Shown in pieces: positions 39,597 through 53,129 of a stretch of DNA of 64,000 nt. The position numbers and the translations under genes are program-made. Source of the stretch: Oopsacas minuta (Eukaryota > Animalia > Porifera); assembly GCA_024704765.1 (NCBI GenBank), contig JAKMXF010000077.1, positions 770,516-834,515 on the forward strand, read 5' to 3'. How positions within the stretch are numbered: the stretch's first letter is position 1; each line of letters opens with the position of its first letter. The notes beneath the pieces were generated by a model. It searched no databases. It was given only the letters and a program-made list of their open reading frames with translations, and was not told the DNA's origin.

Positions 39597-41229
39597 TATA
39601 TTTAGTTTATCGCCGAATGATAATTTCAATCTACATTTCAATACATTACATTGCTAATAATATTATATACACGCCACCAGAACCATTTTATGCCTCTACG
39701 CCTAATATCAAACCCTACAATCTGATTGTGCTGAATTTTTAATTTTTGAAAGTGGGCAAATATCACATAAGAAATATTTCAAATGTCATGTGCACATCTA
39801 GCGGTCTCTACGAGTTATACATGCCAAATTTGGCATTTTTAATTTCTAAACTAAACATTTTAATATTCGTACTTGCTTGACATTTAAATAAATAATTGGA
39901 AATCCTTGAAATTGTGCGAATATTTGGATATGCAACGATAATATACATTGAAGGGCTGTTTGATTATATTGGTTAACATCAACCGCACTAAATTGATGAA
40001 TGTTTAGATTTTTCCAGCTACACTTTGCTCATTGAATAGATAGTGAGCTAATTATTATTCAATTGCATTTTCCCTAGAATTCTAACTAAGTGAAACAATT
40101 CTGATAGCATTTTTGAATTCTACATACAGGTGTGTATTACACTATGTAAATTTCACAATTGTTTTGGGCAAATCTTGTTGACTTATTTGCATTTCATGTT
40201 TTTGCTACATGGGACATAAGTGTTACATACAAATTTGTGATAGCTAATTCGTATATGAAAATGATATGTTGCAAAAATCGACTACATCTCAGACTAACAA
40301 ATATATGTAATTCAGTTTATATAATACCAATTGATTTTCACATTGTACTCCATTCTGTTGAGAATATTTTAGTTATGTGCCCAAAGGGGCCGGATGGATT
40401 TGGGTTGGATATGGATTACAATGTTAAAAATCCATGGATTTCGAGATGATTTGGATTCTCTTAAATCCAAAGGGAAGAAAACCGATCCTAGAAATTTATG
40501 GATTGTGAGTACTTTTCATGGATTTGATTTTGATATCCTTATTCCAAATGGATATGGATGCGAAATGGGTTTGTGCCCGTTAATCAATGTTTCATGAATT
40601 AGATGGAGGCATAGTTTGGACCTAAAGTGGATAACATGACCTTAACTCAGGGGGGGCGAAATCAGAGGGGCATGTATCCCCCTCAAATCATCTTGAAAAA
40701 ATCCTGATTATATCAACGAGGTTTGCTTTAACCAATTCGAAATTGCCATACTTGGGTAATGCAGACCCGTATAATTCAAATTTCCTGTCAGAATAGTTCC
40801 ACTTCATTTGAATTCTATGCAATCTGCAAATATTCAATTAGCACATTCTCAACTTTTTATGTATTGCTAGAAAATATCTAATTAAAAAATTTTCATTGAT
40901 TCTTTCATGGCAATGTTAACCAACATTGCCAAAAGTGCTCTCAGGTGTATTACAATAACTCATATTTAGAATTTATAATATCTAATGTCTGAAAATCATT
41001 ACCACATTGGTTTAGCAATTTATTGAAAATTCCATTGCTGAAATTCAACTTCATTGATAAAACTAGAGGGATATAGTAGTATGTACTATTCAGTATTTAT
41101 CATTCTCCATTGAGTAACCTTGGCTTATCATCCTCGTTGTTAAATATTTTTGTGATTGTCATGCCCTATGAGTGCTCAGTTAATGGTTGTTGCTCTAATA
41201 CACATCGATTGTAGCTTTCACATCATCTC

Positions 41230-42630
41230 AGCTATGCGTGTTGCCCCATTCATTTTTCCAAGTTTATTCACCTTGTGCAGAAGGTTGTAAGCTGATCTGA
41301 CTTGATATGCTTACAATCTCCCGGTTTTACAGAAATTCTTAATCAGTCTATCAGACAAGTGTTATGAAATAACTCATACAACGACAGTTTTACAGTGTCA
41401 AACCAAGGCCCCATGTTTAATTACAGTCGTTAGATTTTCCCTACTCATCGATGCACTTCTAATTCAGCATATCGGTATTAAAATATTTCTTCCTCTGCCT
41501 GGTCATAGCCTATTCAACATACTAAAGTCTGGCTCAAATTCGAATGATAGAAGTTAAGCATTGCTTTTATTTACAGAAGGTTCATTATTCAATGAAGATG
41601 AGATGTACCTACGACAACAACATTCCAATATGATGGTTATGATTTACCTGGTGAAATTCTCATCTGAATATCTATGAGAGCATACTATACTTCATGGTCG
41701 TTTCATTAAAGCAATCTACACCTCACATACTCAAGGCAATGCCATTGACAAAACTATACTAGCAAATTGTTCAAGATGGTATACTAACCTTCATCTCAAT
41801 TCTTAATCGATATTGAAATATTAGAGCTGTGGTTAGCAATCATCCCACAAATGTGACCGCATGCAAACACTTAGAGATATTATATCTGTGTTTTTACTCG
41901 GTAGTGCACTAACCAATCTATTTAATCCTGAGAATATACATTTACTTCTTGTGCGATACAGTGTATCTCGTTAAGAACATTAGAAATAACCTACTAGTTA
42001 CCCAATTTTCCAGATACACGCCTTAGAAATATCCCTGACGGATGTAAATACTAAAGCAAATGAAGAAAATATCCGATGGCCAATTTTCCGCCCCATTCAT
42101 GAACAAGATTCAGCTATCGAATGCTGCGTCAAGAAGGGCCAAAAGATTTCATATAATGTCTTACATTCGGGAAATATGAGCTGTCTGTCCCCTCATTTAG
42201 CAATTTTTGATCTAATAACCATCAAAGCTATTCGTCAATACTTTCCTGAAGAAACAACAAAGCCTCCTTACCTTTTTAGATTACAACTTGTGGTTATTAG
42301 AAAATTCAAAAGAAATTTTCCACCCAAATATATTAGGAAATGCATTACTACCAAGCAGAGGCCTAGCTAGGGCCACTCAAAGGGTACGGCATAGGTGCGG
42401 CATTTCCGCACATGTAATACATTTCAATATAACTTTTTGGTGGGCATACGCAAATTGGTGCGGCTTTTGCCGCACATGCCACACATGCCGCACCCTGGCT
42501 TCGCCTCTGCTATCAGGTAATAGTAAAATCGAGTTTCTGAAAGTTTTCCAATTGGTAAGTATGTGGAGAAAATCTGAGAAATATGGGCTCTCAAACCAGG
42601 CATTTGAATCTCTCACCCTACATATTTACA
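41230..42630 (+). pseudogene. P-element/THAP9-like transposase relic, copy 2
   Basis: DMLT..P, RCTSNSAYR, DEMYLRQQ..QYDG, SILYFMVVSLKQSTPHILKAMPL, LAIFDLITIKAIRQYFPE and GNALL|SGNSKIEFLK (split by a MITE). Confidence 0.75.
42356..42509. mobile_element. 154-bp hAT-type MITE, same family as 5660-5732
   Basis: TIRs CAGAGGCCTAGC / GCTTCGCCTCTG. The 8-bp flanks are CTACCAAG and CTATCAGG. Removing it restores the P-transposase frame. Confidence 0.8.
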
Positions 42631-43299
42631 ATTGAGAATAGATATAATTTACTTATATTCTCCTTATGCCTCGAATACATTTTTATTGGATACGAATAAT
42701 ATTCCAAATTCATATTATAGTATTATAATACATGGAATGCTTACGTCATCTGTTTGCTCTTTAGTTCCGATTTCAGCAGTCACGAATTTGAAATCTTTCA
42801 TTATATCGAGATTGTGTTTTATTCAATAATTTAATGTTAACTGTAGTAGGTTATGGTTAGTCATTATTTACAACAAGAGATAACTAATAGACATTTACTG
42901 CACTAATTCATACACATTATGAGGCTATTTGTGTTCAATATCAAATATTAGCTATAAACCCCACCACATTAGCTAGCATAGAGTTGAAAGTATTAATAAC
43001 CTTACCAATTACGTAAACACATTTCATTTAATTATGGATGCGCATGAAGAGCTAAATTTAAAGTTTGTCTTTAGTGCTGTCCCAAAGTTGGGAATATTCA
43101 TCTCACTTCGCATAAATTATTCAGGGAACCCATTGATGAGTTAACAAATTAGGTGAACAATGCACAGAACTATTTGAACCCCTAGCTATAGACCAAAATT
43201 GTCTTTGGCCAAGGTTGGGGTAGTCTGCCCCTCAGAAACAGCCAAATTCGGATTAATCGGCCCAGTCTCTTGTATCAAACGTATTTAACATGTCTTTCT

Positions 43300-44800
43300 A
43301 GTAATCAATTCTCAATGTGTGGGGGAGCGACTAGATTTGGAAGACGTTCTCTTGCCAAACCGGAAATTCACATGCAAAACTTGGAAGACCTATGATAAAT
43401 TCTAAGGTTGTTAAACAGGTTTCTGATTAACCATACCCACCAGCGTTTAGATCACGGAAATGCACTCAATCAGTATGCTTGCTATAACATGTTACAACGT
43501 TTTCAAGAAGGAGACAATAATGCATTAAGTTTCCAACTCCCACGACAGTAAGTGAGTTGTCCTCTAATTATCAGTGCTTCAAACTCTACACATTTTTCAC
43601 CTCAACCAGAATCTAAGAACCAACGAATTGAGTTCGGCATGATCATGCAACTTAAATCAACTGGTGAAATGTCGAACAATCAATTTTCTTAGGTGTCTTC
43701 TATATGATAATGGGAGTGCATCTCCGTTAGTCCTGATCACAGTAAGGAATAGTATCTAAATGATATTAAGGAAGCTTTTATGGTAAGATGTAATGACATC
43801 AATATATTGCTTCAGAGTTTTTATGGTAAAACATATGGCGATAATCTACATCGATTGCAATGTATACTCGGCCTTGATTTTGGACAAGATTTGCCAAACT
43901 TGTACTCAGCCTATGGATTGATAATTCTGTAGATGTATTTGGGTTAGAAAGTTCCTGAAAACTTTCAACGGAATTTCAGTACCATCAAATAGGCAATTTT
44001 ATGATAAACTATGATGTCATAATATCATTAATCTCAATGCCGGGTTATTTCGATTGGTTTAATGGCAGGGCGGTACCTATATATCTGATGCGCTTGGGAT
44101 AGTCACCTACGCAGGTTTAAACATGACCCATAATCCATGCAAATCCTCTCTTCTACATTCAACAATGTTCGACAAACTTTCTACAGTCTACAGTGTTGAT
44201 CCAAAAAAATACGTAATTGATTGTATGGGCTTCGAAGATCTCCCTCCAATAGGAATATGGATGTCAAATAAAATGGCTAGATTAAACATTCCAGAATTGC
44301 ATTTGATTTTAGTAGTGGGAGAAAAGGTACATGATGCCATACTAACATCAATATCTGAGGAAGAGATATTCAGGGCGAATCTCTACTAAAACATAATACC
44401 ATTCAACGGAACACATAACATGGAAATGTATTCTAGAGAAATGCAATGCGTATAATGCTATGTATACTGGACTGGCCTTTCCTCCTTCAAACTCTCCCTT
44501 CATTGCCCTGAAGAGATTTGATGATGTGGTTGCATCATGCTTCGGGACAAATATTGAAAGTGAATTCATTGATCAAATTAATCAGTTCGAAGAGGCTTTT
44601 ATTAGAATGTTCTGTGCGCCACATTTTACCTTTTGTCCAAAACTACCTTCTTTCCGGAAAAGGTCTGAGGTTTGTCTCAGAACCAGCTGTTTTCATAACT
44701 TCACTATCGCTTTTTGAAGGTCTGGAAGAGATACAATGCAATTAAGATGTTGAAAGTTATCCTAAATGTATATATAATACCGTTTATGAGGCCTATTTCA
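43300..44800 (+). pseudogene. DDE transposase relic of a CMC/Transib-related type, distinct from the Chapaev3-like copy
   Basis: VRCNDI, ILGLDFGQD (43870-43890), IPELHLIL, FDDVVASCFG, KGLRFVSEPAV and KVWKRY occur in order, with frameshifts. Confidence 0.55.
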
Positions 44801-45544
44801 CAAACTATTCCATATCGTAGTCTAATTTATTTGGGATTTTATGTACTTCTTATGGTAAATGCTTATTGCAATAATATTTCCCTTATTGAAGAAATCAAAT
44901 TTGGAATATAAAGTTTTGACACCAGGTTGTATAATCACATTTGCAAAAGATCTTGTGATGAGGGTAACTTTTTCAAAACAGTTTCGAAATCTACATAAAA
45001 TTCTGTACCCAAGCTGTAAATTTCGTAAGGTCCCGTAACTTTTCCCCGAGATCACGTTTCAGAGACCCGTGTAATGTAGGATTCCTCACTAAATTGTAAA
45101 CTGAAGGGTCTGTTTTGGATACAATATCTCTTAAATCTTTTAATGTTTTGAAGTCTCATGATGGGATAAATATTTAGTAGAAATTCTACAGCCGAATATT
45201 TTCTTAATATCTCCTACTTATCACACTATTATTGGAACCATTTTGTTTTACTTATTTGACTATCTTAATAAATTCAAGATACACATCAATAAGTCGTCGC
45301 CATTCTCTTTGCGTATACTCCTACAATGCTATTGTCTAAACTATGATGTATTCATTATTTATCAAGTGTTTATCTCTTTTAATACATTTAACTTAGTAAA
45401 TGCATAAGTATTTTAATATTCTCATAACTCTTTTCGCATATTACTGAACTGCCTACCTTACTTGAACAGATATTTATTGCGAATTGTTACTTTATATATA
45501 ATTTTCAGTATCTAGCTTCAGTATATATTGTTACGACACCCAGT

Positions 45545-46085
45545 CAGTGGCGTACCAAGCACCTTTGGTACTCGGAGCGGAATCTTAAATTGGCACTTCC
45601 TTTTTCTGTATTTTATACAATATATGACTAAGTAAGTATATTGTACATATATGTGAGATGTCTATGTTCCAACATATGTTTTGAATGATAGCTAAATTAT
45701 CTAAGATAAAACACCATACCACAATTCTTAAGGATTTACAGTATCCTCCTAAATCAATAGCACAAGAATACGTATAAAGAATAAATCGCATAAATAATCA
45801 TGTACTATTTAACAGTAATTAGTTCAAATAATATAGGTGATATGTTTAGAATATATTTAGCAGTTTTAATAGTGTGTAAAGTCTCGGTGTATATAATGCA
45901 GGCATGATAAATGTATCTTGAAAGATAAACGTTTTATAATTTAGCGGGTATGTATAGGAACGTAGTAACTACATCTTGGATCTCAAAAATATATATTATA
46001 ATGTATCTCTCATTCAAGGTTGGCATCCCCTTTGAGTGGTACCGGGGCGGACCGCTCTCCCCGCCCACCCCTTGGTACGCCACTG
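45545..46085. mobile_element. 541-bp hAT-type MITE
   Basis: Perfect TIRs CAGTGGCGTACCAAG / CTTGGTACGCCACTG and a perfect 8-bp TSD, CACCCAGT. Confidence 0.92.
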
Positions 46086-46381
46086 CACCCAGTTCTTATG
46101 TTTTGTTCAATTATAACTGACATACGAACTGGATGTCGTGTCATTTCGGTTACAAGCTTCCATAGGAACTGGATATTGGTTCAAGTTGGATTAATTATTT
46201 CACCCAACTAATGTGTGCTAACAAATATTTACTTTCGAATATTGGAAACAGAAGTATGGGAATATCCTATGTTTTTACTATACTTAAATTACTCATTATT
46301 TTAAATTATTACTTTTCCTGCTTTTTGGCTGATTTTCTTAGTCCTAGTTATTTCAATATTTTACCTTTTCATTTCCTCAAG

Positions 46382-46630
46382 GTTGAAGAGAATGTGCTTA
46401 TTGAAGTTTATCAACTCTTACATTTCTTTTGCATTTCTCTTCAGTTGCAAGTATTATACACACAATTAATTCAGCTTACTAAACATTGGGGAAAACATAA
46501 TTTAGAAGTAGAAGAATATATTCCTGGAGAGAAGCTTCGTCTTGCCTATTGGTGTGCCTCACCAATGCATCTGATTCTTGATATGCATTGCTCAATCACT
46601 GTATCAGCTATCCCGTCTTATCCTACACTG
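46382..46630 (+). CDS. MED14: MED14 exon 3
   Basis: Acceptor CCTTTTCATTTCCTCAAG|GTT in phase 0. YQLLHFFCISLQLQVLYTQ...WG...VEEYIPGEKLRLAYW matches MED14 LH.FCLSLQLEVL..Q. Donor CTG|GTAATT, phase 0. Confidence 0.93.
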
Positions 46631-47176
46631 GTAATTTCCGTTAAAGCGCTTAGTACGCGTACGGACTTGGACTTAAGCCTTATATTGAAGAGGTTCAGGC
46701 CCTCTTAGCCCTTTTCAAAACTTTGCAAGCCTGTAAAATATTACTGCTGGGATTAAAGACTTGGTCATAATTCCGTATACTCTTAGTATGAATACTTTCG
46801 GAAATAACACACTGTCTTTTTTTGTGTATTATTTCAAAATAGGTAATACTTTCAACATCCCCACTTAAGCCCATTGGTAAGGGAGATTGATTAGAAATTG
46901 AGTATTCCCCCTCCTTATTTCCAACCTCTTACAATGACGGATTAAATACTTTTTATATATGTGTATATCTTATTGTTGTTTTAGTTTGTTCTAAAAACGA
47001 ATTTCTCCATAATTCTACTTTACGCGTGTAAGTAAAGTCTAGTGAAATTCGTTCATGCGAATCGAATCATCTGGTTTTAAAGATTAGACCTTCCTGGATA
47101 AAACCTCATTAGTAGACAAACCTGGACCTAACAGAAATTTCAAATACCAGTTATATACATATTTTTTGCACCTATA

Positions 47177-47460
47177 ATGCCTTTCGCTCTTCTGCCCCCG
47201 TTCTATGAGAATGAGGAACGATTGCTGAAACGTACCATGCCACATAACCCAGATGAACTCAGAAACTCTTTGCTTTGTGCTCTCCAAGGAGAAGATCTTG
47301 CTGATCTCAAGACTGTTTGCGTGTGTTCCTAGCATTTGAGGGAGGGAGACTTTGAGTATACACATAAAGTACATAATGAAGATTGCGCATATTGAGAAGT
47401 CCCTTTCAAGCATCGATAGCTGAAGATGGCGTGGTACTGTCTATTTCCCTGGTTACTATC
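47177..47460 (+). pseudogene. THAP zinc-finger relic (N-terminus of a P-type transposase)
   Basis: LP...ERL...MPHNP...TVCVCS*HLREGDFEY...EDGVVLSI(F)PG matches the THAP C..HF..DF and AVP.IF signature, with stops and a frameshift. Confidence 0.55.
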
Positions 47461-48832
47461 CCACACCAGAGTTTCATTTAGACATTAACTTGTGGGATTC
47501 CAAATTTTCGTTATGCGGAATATGAGATGGCGAGGATGTAACGTGTTCCAACAATTCAAGGCCCTGCAAGAGGTGGCGAATTAGATCGAAGGGATCACAG
47601 AGCTATCTCCACCATCACCTAGATGAAACCCAGCACACAGGCACAGTCTATCACGAACCGCGTGGTCTCTCCTCTCAAATGAATAATCAACCTCTCTACC
47701 AAACTATGGATCAGTCTAATATCAAATACTGAAGAGGCTAAGAATTTTATATTCCCAGATTCCATGATTTGCAGCTCACTTACCATTTCTTTCACCGTAT
47801 TTCTAAAACTTTGGTATCTTAATCCACATACTATTTATGCGCTACACTACCAAAGATATCAACTAATTCATTCTCGTTTGTAGAAATTTATTTGTCGTGT
47901 TGTAGTTCCATAGAGGTGAACAGTTCCCTAATTGCAACTCTCCCTATGTTCCTAGATAAGATAAGTCAGATATCGTATGGCACGATGGTTCCGACATTCT
48001 TAGGCTACACTATATTAGTTATCAGTTTCACAATAGTCTGGTTTGTTCCTGTGGTGGTATATTATAATATCCTGACCCATGTTCTCGCCTCACCCAAATT
48101 AAGATGCTTCATAATAACAGATCTCATTTCGCCTATCACAATTATTTTCAATATATGCTTTATCCGTCTCTTCTTCATTTCAATCGGTTAGAGAAATGCA
48201 TTCCTTATATTAACTTGAAAATCCATTTCTGTTTTTATACTCTCTACAAACAACACTCTTGTTCCTTGGACGACATGTAAACATCACAATAAAATGGTTC
48301 TAAACCTTTTTCTCCCTCGGATTCCCTTGATCTATTGTATGCACCCCTGCAGACCCTCTACCAATAGATATAATGCAAACCCTTTTGAGCCGCGGGTCCT
48401 TGGTGGTAACGGAACCCAGGTTGAGCACCACTGTCCTAATCGATGAAATACCTGGAAAATCTGAAATAACTTCCTAATGCGCATAAGCATAGCTAGGGCT
48501 TGCTGCCAACCAGCAACAAGCGTAGCAACCAAATTAGTACATATTGTATCTCATGAATGTCGTAGATTTTTGTGTGGCTCCCCTGGACACGGGACGCCAT
48601 AATTCAGCCGAATGAACCATGCAATCGTGCCTTGAACAGACACTCTCTACTTTATTTTTAATATCATAACTCTAACAAGTATATTGAAATGCTTTGGTAC
48701 AGAAATGTAGATGACACATTTAGGTCAATTTCAGTTTCGACAAGACACTTGTTGAGAAAATGTTTTATTGGGAGTTAAAATCTATTAAGAGATATTTATA
48801 CTATGAACGCAATTAATCAGTATGTATATATA

Positions 48833-49483
48833 CTAGCGTGCGCTTCGCTTGCTAGGTCGCTCCGCGGCAGCTTAGGGCTCAGGTTAGCTTAAGTATTAAA
48901 CAGCTACATTTCTTGATTCTTTTGGTCGCTACACGACGGGATATACTTGACGCTAAGTGCCTTAGAGTAATTTTTTGTGGAAATTTGGATATTATATTAT
49001 CCATGCTCCATCCAAAATCCATTTAATGGCCTTTTTTGGTACTGGAGCTGCAACGTGGGTATCGGTTAGTAATCTGGGCTCTTTATGTCTTATGTATTTG
49101 GTACTCAGTTTTCGAAATTTTGATAAGTTTGATTTGTTTGTACATTCATGATGATGTCGTAATCCCTTGATGAATTCGCTTTGGGAATAATCATGGCGTC
49201 AGGATTTTTGTCACATTGGGTGGTAATTTACATTTCTATCATGCATATTGACAAAGCATTGGATAATGATGTGATTTTTCTACAATCAAAATCTTGACAA
49301 TGACGTCATAATTTCGTCCTACGTGTGAACTTTCCTCCATGACTCGAACTTGTGCGAGCCAGGCCCACATTACCATGTATTCCTAAAATCAGCGTCATCC
49401 AGTTTCTTCAATCAATTCTGGACATGTATTTACACACATACTTACATACATATTTATTTTATCACTTTATTTTCTATTGTAGA
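48833..49483 (-). mobile_element. Complete 651-bp Helitron-like non-autonomous element
   Basis: - strand 5' A|TCTACAATAGAAAATAAAG and 3' CTAGCAAGCGAAGCGCACGCTAG|T. This gives a terminal hairpin and CTAG end, inserted at an A|T site without a TSD. Confidence 0.7.
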
Positions 49484-52400
49484 TATCCACAATTTATAGT
49501 ATGAGTATATTGATCTGGCCAAGTACTAGAAATATCAGTACCATAAATTCATGATGGCATACTTGCCTATTGTTCGGTTTTGGCTGAACGTCCTGCTTTT
49601 ACATGTGTTGACTTAAGGTGCATGCGATTGTCTCCCAAAAAATCCTTGAATTTGTCATGATTTTTAGCGTATGCATTTGTCAAAATTATGTAGCATTCGT
49701 TTATCCAAATTTACCAGCAATCATTATTTCGTCAGACATCTAGATAATACCCAGGACCAGATTACAATACTCCGACACAAATTCTTTACTAAAGTAAAAT
49801 ATACACTACCTATAATCATCAAATAGGATCACTAATCTTAACTAATACAATAAATTACCATTCTAAGTAGATATCAATTCAAAATACACCAATCAACAAT
49901 CAGGAGGTGGTCTGAACATTGGACAACATCCAAGACCAATACTAACACTAATTCGAAGCAAAAGCTCTTCACAGCAGTAAGAATCGTCACCTCAGCAACT
50001 AGAAATATTTGTCTGACAAATTCGTACCTCAACAATACTGACAAATGCAGCGCGCCCGTTGAGGTTGATGTCTCGCCCTAATTTTCTTAATCTTATGGTG
50101 GAAGCTGTGTAATATTCTACTACTTGTGATGATCCGCTAAATATGTACCCTCAGCCCAACTTTATTCTTCACTCATGTTGGCAGGGATTTCATGAGTTCT
50201 CGATAGATCCAGCCTTACCATGAGAAACTAAGTAAGCTAGTTTATAATTGAATCGCATACTGGAGGAGCGTATTTGAATGTTAAATACTTTATGTTTATC
50301 TTAATTATAAATCTTAGTAATATAGTAAGTTTCTACAAATTAGTTAGCTTCGGACATTATCAACGAGAATTTAATTAACATAACCTTATCCCCTCAAAAC
50401 AAATTATGGGATTTATCGAATCAGAGAAAATGCCCTTGCCAACACAGAAAAGTGTACCCTAGAATATTACCCAAATAATTTTGGAAATTGTTGTAAATAT
50501 AATTTGACACTAACGGGAGGTGAATTTCAATAATCTGCTAAAAAGTCATATTTCTTGGGTAGTAAGAATCCTTTGTTATATGATATCTGTTTCAAGTAAG
50601 AATCCGTTGATAATCTGAATTACCCTTGCGCTGAATAATGAAATTTCAGTATAATGTTAGTCCTTTGGTAGTAAGAATTAGTTGAAACTGATCTATCATA
50701 TTTTCAGTTCTGGCTAGATTCTGTTCGAATCCATTTACATAGCAACTGTGGAATGTTTCGAATTCCATCAACATTTCAAATTTTTCGTTAGCAGTTGCGT
50801 ATTTCAAAAATTCCATACAATAATAGAAGGCTCATCATTTGTAAAGCCTCGATTAAAAACAGGCTCGACATATCTCTAAACAGTCAAAATGGCTCTTTCG
50901 CAATCAAATGATGATATATGTTAAATTTTTCAATCCATACGTGTGCTTTGATGCCTTATTTATTTGTGTTGCTGATACATTTACAGTGCATAACTTATAC
51001 TGTTAATGCGATAGGCACCTCAATCATAAAATTCATTCATCTATACGAATTTCATGACATCCATGGTAAAAGGAAATTGAGCCAGTTGTGTGTCGGTTAA
51101 GGCGAAAGTCCCCACATTGCTAAATTTATAAAAGATTTCCTTTGATTTAGACACAAAGAGTATTAAAAGTTCCATGTAAACCAGTATCTATGGCAGATAT
51201 TTACTCATACCTTGACAACCTTTAATGTTATGCCAAATCAACTTACACATAGATATAGATATACCAGAATTCCCACCTACTGATAATTGAATTTGGTATG
51301 ATATGTCTAATTTTTATGACGTAATCTAGAAATGACCTCATATGGTGTCCATGACTGCGCTGTATTCTTTGGAGATATCATATCAAAGTGTATTATCAAT
51401 GTATGTGATGTGTTGTGGATAATCTATATGTAAGTTTGCTTTGTTCATACATTAACGGTTGTTAATTAATGTTTGAATATTGGCAAAACTATGCCACCCA
51501 TGGACACGACTATAACACTAAAAGGCGCAATCCTTATTATGGCAAGTATATATTTTGTGTTACAACATCCTTAGATCCCCATGTTATGTTTATTTAAATG
51601 CTAGTGAATATAGTAAGTCATACAGTGTTTTAACACTGGAGCATTTCTTTAACACAATTGCTAACTAAACAAGCAGACGACGTTCTTTATGCATAGCAAT
51701 ACTTTGTTGATATAGACTGTCTGTATAATATCAATATTACATGTAATCCTGTCAAAATATACCTCTGTATTTTATCGCGGCTAATAGTAATTCAATAATG
51801 AGGTATTCAATCTTTCCCTGGTCCCAAAGTTTTAGTACGCCATTCCCTTAGTATATGCCATGTCATAGCATAGATGACAGTACTAGTATAGCATCTTAGC
51901 AGTCCCGAAGATCTCAACACATATTTGCTGTGAATATTTTGACATTAGTCCTATTAGCTTCATCTATTATACTAACTCCACGAGATTCATTTAAGCGAAA
52001 TTATTCAAATCAAATTATTAGGAGGAAGTTGGTAGATAATATCAATTCTATACCTTGATTTGGAATCTACAGTATTTTTTTATCTCTGGAGAGACAACAT
52101 CTAAACAAAATAACGTTCTAGTCATGATTATCTAACTCTAACTAAAACATTGTTTCTAAGGGTAGAAAATTTACAAAAAACTGTGATTATATATAATTGG
52201 TACATCTTGACTTCATAAAGGTATTAAGTATTACAAGTAGGGTATTTTAAAAGATATAGATTTTTGGTACAAATTTAACATGATTCTTTGAGAGTCATAG
52301 TTTTGTCTTTGAGAATTGACATGGAATGCCTTGTTGAATCCGCTCTCTGTCGACATTCTTGAGGGATAGGTCGTTACAGACAAGGATGACCTAATCTTGG

Positions 52401-52599
52401 CTTCCTCTTATGTCCTCAGTTTTTGTATATCGATTTATCGTTTTGTTTTACAAAGCTGATCTCTCACACTCCTTGGTGTATTTTAGGTTTTAATAATCAA
52501 ATATTGATTGGATCAAATAGAATCTGTTTCAAGGTATATTGAGAGTGTAATAAATGGACCAACTAATTCATTTATACTTATAGTTATTCTATTGCTAAC

Positions 52600-52950
52600 T
52601 ATATTCATTGCCTGTTTAGTTATTAAAACAGTCTATCATTATGTCATTATGACTATACCAAAAATTCCAAATTGTCCAAATTTTTTCAAACTTTTAGAAA
52701 TTCTAATACCTGAGGGGCAAAGACCCAGATTACTAGCCCAAAGCCACCCAGCAAGCTCCAGTATTACCGCAGAAGGACATTAATTGGAATTTGGATGGAC
52801 CATTGAAAAAATATATATTTCCGCAAAAAATTATTCTCGAGACACATTTTGCTGAGTATAATGCCCGATCACGTAGCGACCCAAGCCATCAAGAAATTTC
52901 GCTATGGAATGCTTAAGCTAACCTAATCCGCTAAGTTGTCACGCAGCGAT
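52600..52950 (+). mobile_element. Partial copy of the Helitron-like repeat family
   Basis: Homologous to the reverse complement of 48833-49100 (TAGCGACC..ATCAAGAAAT..CTTAAGCTAACCT..CTAAG.TG..GCAGCGA.CTAG). Confidence 0.6.
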
Positions 52951-53129
52951 CTAGAATACAAAGCGCTATTTGGTTATATTTATAACTAGGTTTTTTGCTA
53001 TTTACTACCTATTCCTGGCGGTATCCGGCCTTATCTGCTGTACTATTGGATCGCCTGTTATAGTATTCTATCTAAACCAGGCTTTCGATCTGTAACCAAT
53101 ATTATCTATTATTTTCTTTCTTCATTTAG

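Noticed and set aside
52508-52783. 91-aa ORF with a transmembrane-like stretch
   Set aside because: The hydrophobicity is explained by AT-rich codons, and the 3' half is a Helitron-like repeat copy.
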